20,000 nt of DNA from IMG/VR virus record IMGVR_UViG_3300036715_001702. One strand, given 5' to 3'. A model generated the notes under the pieces. That model was given only the letters and a program-made list of their open reading frames with translations, searched no databases and was not told where the DNA came from. This document shows positions 9,307 through 15,684 of this stretch, piece by piece. Source of the stretch: an uncultured virus (IMG/VR IMGVR_UViG_3300036715_001702) (Duplodnaviria > Heunggongvirae > Uroviricota > Caudoviricetes). The first letter of the stretch is position 1; each line of letters starts with the position of its first letter. The position numbers were made by a program, and so were the translations under genes.

Positions 9307-9340
9307 AAAAAACTCTAAACATATGTTTAGAGTTTTTTTT
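9307..9340 (+). terminator. Intrinsic terminator (palindromic, likely bidirectional)
   Basis: AAAAAACTCTAAAC-ATAT-GTTTAGAGTTTTTTTT. Confidence 0.85.
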
Positions 9341-9363
9341 GATAAAATATTTTTTATTCAATT

Positions 9364-9390
9364 GAACTTTTGTATATTTGTAAAGTATAA
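9364..9390 (+). promoter_or_regulatory. Promoter region of the leader/tRNA operon
   Basis: TATATTTG at 9373-9380 (Bacteroidota -7 box) and GAACTT-N15-GTATAA. Confidence 0.55.
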
Positions 9391-9397
9391 TATAGTA

Positions 9398-9475
9398 ATG
9401 AAAAACAATTCAACGATATTGACCTTATGTATGATGCTGATTCTGAAGATTGGTACTGGGCTATATATTTGTTAA
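9398..9475 (+). CDS. Putative attenuator leader peptide MKNNSTILTLCMMLILKIGTGLYIC
   Basis: 25-codon ORF between the promoter and a terminator. Codons 6-16 are all Thr/Ile/Leu/Cys/Met, matching the downstream tRNAs. Confidence 0.7.
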   Translation: MKNNSTILTLCMMLILKIGTGLYIC

Positions 9476-9501
9476 ATGTTAGATAAACATATTTTAATAA
9501 T

Positions 9502-9540
9502 AAAAGCTCAGCTCGTAAGGTTGAGTTTTTTTATTTTTAT
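9502..9540 (+). terminator. Intrinsic terminator / attenuator directly upstream of the tRNA array
   Basis: AAAAGCTCAGC-TCGTAAG-GTTGAGTTTTTTT. The 5' arm AGCTCAG (9505-9511) can alternatively pair with CTGGGCT (9456-9462). Confidence 0.75.
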
Positions 9541-9542
9541 TT

Positions 9543-9616
9543 GCCTCGTTAGTAGAGTTGGTTCATACTTCAGATTTAGAATCTGAAGATCGCTGGGTCG
9601 GAACCGGCACGAGGTA
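9543..9616 (+). tRNA. trnL: tRNA-Leu (TAG), short variable loop
   Basis: Acceptor GCCTCGT/ACGAGGT, anticodon arm TCAGA-TTTAGAA-TCTGA, variable loop AGATC, T arm GCTGG-GTCGGAA-CCGGC, discriminator A. Confidence 0.85.
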
Positions 9617-9623
9617 CAAAAAT

Positions 9624-9696
9624 AGTGCATTGATGCAGTTGGTTGACATATTGGACTTAAAATCCAAGTACATCGGATCGTTCCAGATATGCACTA
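9624..9696 (+). tRNA. trnL: tRNA-Leu (TAA), short variable loop
   Basis: Acceptor AGTGCAT/ATGCACT, anticodon arm TTGGA-CTTAAAA-TCCAA, variable loop GTAC, T arm ATCGG-ATCGTTC-CAGAT (one mismatch), discriminator A. Confidence 0.8.
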
Positions 9697-9708
9697 CAAA
9701 ATATAAAT

Positions 9709-9780
9709 TGCCATGTAGCTCAGTGATAGAGCAATTCCCTCATAAGGAATAGGTCTCGAGTTTAATCCTCGACATGGCGA
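9709..9780 (+). tRNA. tRNA with CAT anticodon (elongator Met or Ile2)
   Basis: TGCCATG/CATGGCG, GCTC/GAGC D stem, ATTCC-CTCATAA-GGAAT, TCGAG-TTTAATC-CTCGA. Lacks the three G-C anticodon-stem pairs of initiator tRNA. Confidence 0.85.
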
Positions 9781-9790
9781 CAACTAATAT

Positions 9791-9863
9791 AGTCTTATAT
9801 GTCAGTGGTTAGACGGTCAAACTGATACTTTGAAGGTCGTGTGTTCGAATCACACTAAGACTA
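9791..9863 (+). tRNA. trnI: tRNA-Ile (GAT)
   Basis: AGTCTTA/TAAGACT, TCAAA-CTGATAC-TTTGA, GTGTG-TTCGAAT-CACAC. Confidence 0.9.
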
Positions 9864-9874
9864 CTTTTAAAAAT

Positions 9875-9946
9875 GCTCATATGGCCGAGTGACTAGGTCA
9901 CGATCTGCAAAATCGTTGTACGTTGGTTTGATCCCAACTATGAGCT
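9875..9946 (+). tRNA. trnC: tRNA-Cys (GCA)
   Basis: GCTCATA/TATGAGC, ACGAT-CTGCAAA-ATCGT, GTTGG-TTTGATC-CCAAC, and the U73 discriminator expected for Cys. Confidence 0.9.
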
Positions 9947-9958
9947 CAAAATAAAAAT

Positions 9959-10030
9959 GCCGATATAGTTCAGTGTTAGAATGTCACATTTGTAATGTGA
10001 ATGTCCTGGGTTAGATTCCTAGTATCGGCT
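9959..10030 (+). tRNA. trnT: tRNA-Thr (TGT)
   Basis: GCCGATA/TATCGGC, TCACA-TTTGTAA-TGTGA, CTGGG-TTAGATT-CCTAG. Confidence 0.9.
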
Positions 10031-10054
10031 CCGAATACTGATAGTGGCTCAGAT

Positions 10055-10094
10055 TTTTTCATACATAATAAAAATATTAATTATGTATGAAAAA
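10055..10094 (+). repeat. Perfect 15-bp inverted repeat covering the HNH start codon
   Basis: TTTTTCATACATAAT (10055-10069) pairs with ATTATGTATGAAAAA (10080-10094). ATG 10087 lies inside the right arm. Confidence 0.8.
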
Positions 10095-11265
10095 TAAGAC
10101 TCAGTTTGATTATGAAAAATTAAAAAAAATTATTAGATCAAGGATTGTCAATTGATGAAATTTCATTTGAAATGAAAACATCAATATCAAATGTAAAAAG
10201 AAAAAAAATTGAATTAAAAACTGGATTAAAATATAATCTTAGAATTGTTAAAGAAGTTGAAAAAAAATAAAATGTTTATATTGCAAAAATGATATAAAAA
10301 CAACACCAAATGGACAAAGAAAATTTTGCAGTAGGGTATGCTCTATTTCATATAGAAATCAAAACAGTGATATTAAAAATAAGTGTTTCAATTGTGAAAA
10401 TGAAATAGAATCTTCTGACAAAAGAAGAAAATTTTGTAATAGTTCTTATGCATCAATTTATAATAATAAAATAAGAATTAAAAAAGAAGCTAAGCGTGCT
10501 GAAAAAAGGATATATCATAAAAGAAATAATCAAAATAAAAAAAATGTCAAAATTGTAATAGTATTGTGAAATATTCAAAAAGTGTATATTGTAGTTCTAA
10601 ATGTCAAAATCAATATCAAAGGAAACTAAAATTTGAAAAGATTGAAAATGGAGATTTAACATTATCAACAAGAGTGTATAATATTAAGTAACTGATTTTA
10701 TATCAATTTATATAAAAATATTTAAACTAAACCATTTTTATATAATATATGCTCTATTATCAATTAATTGATTAATTGATTAATGTTCATTGACATGTTG
10801 GTTGTATGAAATTTACAAATTCATACGTAAAACAAATGTAATAAAAATACATTTTTCGCACTGAAAAGTGCGAATATGAAATATTCGGTAGGGATGAGTA
10901 AACCCGAACCTGAACAAGAGATTGTTCTAAAAGATCGTGGAGATGCTGGGTTACTGGTGTCTATGAAGCAATAAGTAAAAAATGTTGGATAATTTTTCAA
11001 TATTTTGCATTACTATAAATTATATCTTATAGATAAATATGGAGCAAAATGTATGATATGCGGTTGGAATGAAATCAATCCTAAAAGTGGTAAAGTTCCA
11101 ATTGAATTAGAACATAGTGATGGAAATTCTGCCAATAATAATTTAAAAAATTTAAAATTATTATGTCCTAATCATCACTCATTAACTCCTACTTATAAAG
11201 GCTTAAATAAAGGTAATGGTAGAGCAAATAGAATGAAAAGATATCATGATTGTAAATCATGGTAA
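10087..11265 (+). pseudogene. Disrupted HNH homing endonuclease (HTH, three CxxC..(F/Y)CSxxC Zn-finger repeats, HNH)
   Basis: Fragments LLDQGLSIDEISFEMKTSISNVKR, KCLYC..RKFCSRVC, KCFNC..RKFCNSSY, KCQNC..VYCSSKC, then CMICGW..IELEHSDGNSANN..NLKLLCPNHH. Frameshifts at A8 runs near 10125, 10263 and 10540, plus a 337-bp insertion. Confidence 0.8.
10677..11013 (+). mobile_element. 337-bp non-coding insertion, probable non-autonomous IS200/605- or IS607-derived element with an omega-RNA-like right end
   Basis: Removing it restores the HNH frame (..TRV|YKLYLIDKYG..). TATAA occurs at both junctions. It has several hairpins, and the 3' part GGTAGGGATGAGTAAACCCGAAC..CGTGGAGA..TATGAAGCAATAAG resembles tnpB 3'-end sequence. 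Confidence 0.6.
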
Positions 11266-11366
11266 ACATAGGTTTATATAACATACAGTAAAAAATATTG
11301 TTTAAATAAACGCCAAGTGTTAGTTATATAAAAACTATGAAATAATAATGAATAAAATCTTAGTGT

Positions 11367-12647
11367 ATGGAAACAAAAAATAAAATATACGTTAACGTTG
11401 CATTTCCTTATCCTTCAGGAGCAGGATTACATGTAGGTCATAGTTACAATTATGCTATCATTGATAGCTACTGTAGATGGTTAACATATTATCAAAACAA
11501 AGAAGTGTTTCAACCTTTTGGTTACGACGCACATGGTTTACCGACGGAATTATATGCTGCTAAACATAATAGAGAACCAAGAGATGTAGCTTATGAAAAC
11601 ATTAACAAATTCAGAAATCAGATGCAAGATATGCATACTAACTATGTAGAAAAATTAATCACATCGGATACATCTTATCAAAAATGGACACAATGGCTGT
11701 TTTTAAAATTAAAGGAACATGGATTATGTTATAAGAAGAAAGCTGTAGTTTGTAGATGTCCCAGTTGCGAAACAGTAGTTTCTAATGAACAAGTAGAAAA
11801 CGGGAAATGTGAAAGATGTTCCACCCCTGTAGAACAAAAAGAAATGGATCAGTGGTATTTCAAGATCACTGATTACAGAGAAAGATTAATTAAAAATTTA
11901 GGACATTTAGATTATCCTGCAAAGACGAAAAAGATGCAGATCAATTGGTTAGAATCTATTACTGATTGGTGTGTATCAAGACAACGTAAATGGGGATGTC
12001 CTATTCCTATAGAAGGAGAGCTGGACACTATAGATACATTTGTTGATTCAAGCATATACTATATCAGATATAATGATCCTGAAAACGAAAATGAATTATG
12101 CTCGAAAGATAAATACAAACAAGTCGATTTATATGTGATAGGTTCTGAACACTGTAACAGACATTTGATCTATGCAAGATTTATCCATATGTTTTTATAT
12201 GATATCGGATTAGTTCCTGTTGAAGAACCTTTCGTGAAAGTGATTCATCAAGGTCACATCACAAAAGACGGTTTCAAAATGAGCAAGACTAAAGGAAACA
12301 CTGTTACTCCTGATGATTACGATTCGGATGAAATCAGAATGTATTTATGTTTCATTGGTCATTATTTTGATGGTGGAGATTGGAGCGATAAAAATATAGT
12401 CGGCATTAAACGCTTCTTCAACAGAATTGATAAATGGTTAGAAGCTCCTGGAAATGATGATATATCTAAAGAAATAGATATAATGAAATCCAAGATTGAT
12501 AAGTTTGTTACAGATTTTAAATTCAATAAAGTTGTTAGCACAATGATGGAATTTTACAATGATCATAAGAATAAAAACATCTCTATAGAAAATATTACAG
12601 AGTTTAAGAAAGTGTTAGGTTGTTTTGCACCAAAAAAGTACAGTTAA
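11367..12647 (+). CDS. leuS: Minimal leucyl-tRNA synthetase (426 aa)
   Basis: FPYPSGAGLHVGH (HIGH motif), GYDAHGLPTE, Zn knuckle CPSC..CERC, DWCVSRQRKWGCPIP, DTFVDSS, EEPF and KMSKTKGN. Confidence 0.92.
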   Translation: METKNKIYVNVAFPYPSGAGLHVGHSYNYAIIDSYCRWLTYYQNKEVFQPFGYDAHGLPTELYAAKHNREPRDVAYENINKFRNQMQDMHTNYVEKLITSDTSYQKWTQWLFLKLKEHGLCYKKKAVVCRCPSCETVVSNEQVENGKCERCSTPVEQKEMDQWYFKITDYRERLIKNLGHLDYPAKTKKMQINWLESITDWCVSRQRKWGCPIPIEGELDTIDTFVDSSIYYIRYNDPENENELCSKDKYKQVDLYVIGSEHCNRHLIYARFIHMFLYDIGLVPVEEPFVKVIHQGHITKDGFKMSKTKGNTVTPDDYDSDEIRMYLCFIGHYFDGGDWSDKNIVGIKRFFNRIDKWLEAPGNDDISKEIDIMKSKIDKFVTDFKFNKVVSTMMEFYNDHKNKNISIENITEFKKVLGCFAPKKYS

Positions 12648-12663
12648 AAGCTGTACTTTTTTT
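12632..12663 (+). terminator. Intrinsic terminator overlapping the leuS stop
   Basis: AAAAAAGTACAG-TTAAAAG-CTGTACTTTTTTT. Confidence 0.85.
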
Positions 12664-12696
12664 ATTTTTGGTTATTAATAACTAAAATTTTTTATT

Positions 12697-12704
12697 TATA
12701 TTTG
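12697..12704 (+). promoter_or_regulatory. Bacteroidota-type -7 promoter box TATATTTG
   Basis: Intergenic, after a terminator and 16 nt before ATG 12721. Confidence 0.5.
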
Positions 12705-12720
12705 TTCCAAATTATTTAAC

Positions 12721-13467
12721 ATGATAACAATTCAACGCAAAATCACAGATAAAGTGCAAATAGATATTGCTAACTTCTTTACAAAATGGAATGGTCAATT
12801 CACACTAGAAGAAGTGTGTAAAGTTTTGATAAAGATGAACTACCGCTATGACAAAAATGAGGTTTATGAAACGATCAAAAAGAACCAATCTTCTCTTAAA
12901 TCTGATAAAGTTGTATTTGTCAACGATACAGATCTGATAGTAGATGTTTTAGAATTATGTGCTAATAACATGGCTAAAACCTATATAGGGCAAATCTCAC
13001 ATATAATCAAAATGATCAAACCTTTGATGGATTATAGAGTGATCGGAAATATATTATACAAAGAGTGTGTTAAAGATAACTCTTTATATAAATGTATAGA
13101 CGAGAAAGGTGTAGGTGTATACACTTTGGCTGAACGAAATTTTGAAAAGTATGTAAAAACTGAAGTTGGTAAATTTTCAGGTTTATCTGATCATACAAAT
13201 AATAAAAGTAATAATATGGGAAGAGGAGGAAAAAGAAGAGTTTTTCTGAAACCTCTTGCTACAGACATAGGAAAGATGGATGCTCATTATCTGAAGATGA
13301 AATATGATGAAGATTCATGGGTTGTTTCAAATTTGAAAAATAAGGATGATATCATATTATTGAACGGTTCCGAATCTCCTGATCATGTAAGAACTTTCTA
13401 TTCGAGAGAGTATAAAGTAAAACATGATGATGTGAGAAATCGTCGTCTAAAAAATTACCCATGGTAG
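12721..13467 (+). CDS. Hypothetical protein
   Basis: 248-aa ORF, no recognised motif. Confidence 0.65.
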   Translation: MITIQRKITDKVQIDIANFFTKWNGQFTLEEVCKVLIKMNYRYDKNEVYETIKKNQSSLKSDKVVFVNDTDLIVDVLELCANNMAKTYIGQISHIIKMIKPLMDYRVIGNILYKECVKDNSLYKCIDEKGVGVYTLAERNFEKYVKTEVGKFSGLSDHTNNKSNNMGRGGKRRVFLKPLATDIGKMDAHYLKMKYDEDSWVVSNLKNKDDIILLNGSESPDHVRTFYSREYKVKHDDVRNRRLKNYPW

Positions 13468-14129
13468 TAAATTTTCAACCATTAGACTCTCTCAATTTAA
13501 GAATTGCTAAAACAGTGTGGCATTATGCAGATCTCTATAATTTAGAATGCAGTAAAGAACTAGCTCTCAAAATAGGAGACATGAAGCTCAGTAAAATGCT
13601 AATCAGAGCTGCATATTTCATGCCAGATGATATAAGTGATTACGCTTTAATTAAACATATATACGAAAATCAAAATGTGTTCACTGTTGATTTTATAAAA
13701 CATATAATCAACAACATTTCTAAAGCTTTGGAGAATGGGAAAAATTCAGAATTGATCGCCGTTAAAATAGAAGAGTTTCTAAAGAGGAGTGTAGATAAGA
13801 CGTTAAAAGAACGAGATCTAAAAGGTATAGATTATCAGGTTATTGATAAGTTCGGAAGAACCAAAAATATGCAATGCAAGAAGGTGTATAATTTGGAAAG
13901 AATAGGAAATTTCTTAATATTTTCTTATGAAGGTACTGTCTCTTTGAACGAGATCGAAATACTCACCATAATGGATTTCAAAATAGCATACAGGATAGGA
14001 AATTTTGATTGCTACAAGATTGTAAAAGAAAATAATTCTAGGAATACTCTATATAAATATCCAATAGAACATAATACTGATATCATTCAGTTTAATATAG
14101 AAAATGATAAAATAGAAATTATCGCTTAA
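13461..14129 (+). CDS. Hypothetical protein
   Basis: 222-aa ORF overlapping the upstream stop. Confidence 0.65.
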   Translation: MVVNFQPLDSLNLRIAKTVWHYADLYNLECSKELALKIGDMKLSKMLIRAAYFMPDDISDYALIKHIYENQNVFTVDFIKHIINNISKALENGKNSELIAVKIEEFLKRSVDKTLKERDLKGIDYQVIDKFGRTKNMQCKKVYNLERIGNFLIFSYEGTVSLNEIEILTIMDFKIAYRIGNFDCYKIVKENNSRNTLYKYPIEHNTDIIQFNIENDKIEIIA

Positions 14130-14563
14130 TTTATAAACTTCCCTTTTACTTTTGCATAACATGGAAGTTTTAATATAGTTTTGTTAGCGTAGCAGTAAAA
14201 AACTCCTGTTATTTTAGGTGGACAATTTTTTAATGTTGATAATTTGTTATTAATACACAGAAAACTTCCTTCTATATCATGCGGACAGTTTTTCAGTGTT
14301 GCCAATTTATTAAACGAACAGCTAAAATCACCATTTATTTTTATATCTTTCAACCACTCAGGTATTTCAATCCATTCCCCTCCTGTTAACCAAACATCAG
14401 CATTCACTTTTTTTAATTTCACAAATTTTGGATCGATGTCCATGAATGATTCATCCAAAACAAGATCTCCATCGATCACTTCCTGAGAAAGTAATTTTAT
14501 GTTCATCTGTTTGAGCTTTTCCTTGCGGCCTTCCAGGTTTCTAGGGACTAGTATATTTGTCAT
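14126..14563 (-). CDS. LRR-like repeat protein, paralog 2
   Basis: N-terminal half nearly identical to 2126-2716 (LVPRNxEGRKEKLKQ..LLSQEVIDGDL..DESFMDIDPKF). About two repeats. Confidence 0.8.
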   Translation of the reverse strand: MTNILVPRNLEGRKEKLKQMNIKLLSQEVIDGDLVLDESFMDIDPKFVKLKKVNADVWLTGGEWIEIPEWLKDIKINGDFSCSFNKLATLKNCPHDIEGSFLCINNKLSTLKNCPPKITGVFYCYANKTILKLPCYAKVKGKFIN

Positions 14564-14567
14564 TTTA

Positions 14568-14575
14568 CAAATATA
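14568..14575 (-). promoter_or_regulatory. Bacteroidota-type -7 promoter box TATATTTG
   Basis: On the minus strand, 4 nt before the ATG at 14563. Confidence 0.5.
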
Positions 14576-14643
14576 TGAATTTTTTTCTAAACAAATTATT
14601 GAATTCTTAATAAAAAGATAAATATCAATACATTTCCAATAAC

Positions 14644-14916
14644 ATGAGCCTGAAAACTGTAGAACTTTACTTCAAATATAATGATTACATAAAAGAATGT
14701 TACAACAATTGTGTGAATAGTAACAAATGCATACATTTTTCAGATGATAATGGTGTTCCAAACATACAAAAAGTTGAAAATTTAGAAATGTCTCCTACTA
14801 TCTATAACCAGGATATAGGGCTCTCTATCCTCAGAGAATACACCATGGATTTTGAATGTTTCGAAAAAGATCTCAAAAAAGATTTATTCAAATTCAGATT
14901 AGCAAAAATAAAATAG
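14644..14916 (+). CDS. Hypothetical protein
   Basis: 90-aa ORF at the head of a plus-strand operon. Confidence 0.55.
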   Translation: MSLKTVELYFKYNDYIKECYNNCVNSNKCIHFSDDNGVPNIQKVENLEMSPTIYNQDIGLSILREYTMDFECFEKDLKKDLFKFRLAKIK

Positions 14917-14924
14917 AACATAAT

Positions 14925-15359
14925 ATGTACACGAAAACAAAAAAAGAATGGCCTGCTATGAGAGGTTTATTAGTTAAAGAGATCAGAAATCTATCAATGA
15001 TTAAAGATCTTGAAATTGAAACAGGAGGTGATTATGAACGATATTTTGTAAGTATGGTATTACAATGTTGTAGTTTCAATGGATTCAATTCTGAGATTGC
15101 GGCTCAAGAAATCAAGAAAAATAATAGAGACTTTTTTTCTATGTTATATCAAATGACTTTCGGAATTACTTATAATGATGAAATAAATAATAATGAACCA
15201 TACAAATGCTATATAAATGCTTTTAATAAATATAAAGTTGAAACTTTATTAGATAACAATTTTCTATTAATGCGAAAAATTAATATAAGCATAAACGATA
15301 TAAACGAAATGCTTTATTCGGATTACAGTTTTTACATAAATAAATTAATATTATATTAA
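14925..15359 (+). CDS. Hypothetical protein
   Basis: The ORF track starts at 14856; ATG 14925, just after the upstream stop, is more plausible. Confidence 0.6.
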   Translation: MYTKTKKEWPAMRGLLVKEIRNLSMIKDLEIETGGDYERYFVSMVLQCCSFNGFNSEIAAQEIKKNNRDFFSMLYQMTFGITYNDEINNNEPYKCYINAFNKYKVETLLDNNFLLMRKINISINDINEMLYSDYSFYINKLILY

Positions 15360-15363
15360 AAAA

Positions 15364-15684
15364 ATGGAAAATTTAAAAATATATGATGAGATCAAGAAGA
15401 TCTCCAAATATAATGAACATATAGTATTTTTTCAGATGAAAGATTATATTTTCATTCTTGGTGAAGATGTCGATAATATAGCAGAAGATAATTTCTTTTG
15501 GGCCCAGGATAAAGGGACTTTATCTGGAATGAAAGCTATCAGAATTCCAATGTATAATGTTAATCAGATAGATTCTCCATTTGATGATCTTTTGACTATC
15601 AATAAAAAGCCTATTGCTGTAAAAGTACAACATGCTTATATCAATGAAGATGAATTCATCTCAAACAAAGTTAGTCAGTCTTAG
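15364..15684 (+). CDS. Stand-alone MutS domain I-like protein
   Basis: YDEIKK..Y.EHIVFFQMKDYIFILGED....IPMY....DDLL...KPIAVKVQ parallels the MutS N-terminal pattern Y.EIK..YPD.ILFFR.GDFYELF.ED...G.P......L...G.KVAI.EQ. Confidence 0.45.
   Translation: MENLKIYDEIKKISKYNEHIVFFQMKDYIFILGEDVDNIAEDNFFWAQDKGTLSGMKAIRIPMYNVNQIDSPFDDLLTINKKPIAVKVQHAYINEDEFISNKVSQS

Noticed and set aside
9543..9696. Suppressor tRNAs or stop-codon recoding, prompted by TAG and TAA in the anticodon loops
   Set aside because: TAG and TAA anticodons read the Leu codons CTA and TTA; suppressors would have CTA or TTA anticodons. Genes here are intact under the standard code and use TAG and TGA as stops.
9558..9752. 64-aa ORF in the ORF track
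   Set aside because: Lies entirely over tRNA genes; spurious.
10038..10052. CTGATAG-TG-GCTC-AG resembles the 5' start of a seventh tRNA
   Set aside because: No matching 3' half was found nearby or after the HNH gene, and it is too short to support.
10761..10784. Short tandem repeat (ATTAATTG)n
   Set aside because: Only about three units of low-complexity sequence with no spacers; not a CRISPR array.
10677..11013. Group I intron / IStron interpretation of the insertion
   Set aside because: I could not identify the P7 core, and the host gene is frameshifted anyway. A covariance-model search is needed to exclude it fully.
11005..11265. Independent 86-aa HNH gene starting at TTG
   Set aside because: It is the C-terminal fragment of the interrupted HNH gene, and the TTG lies inside the insertion.
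2126..14563. Diversity-generating retroelement template/variable repeat pair between the LRR paralogs
   Set aside because: No reverse transcriptase in the window, both copies are coding, and the differences are not confined to adenines.
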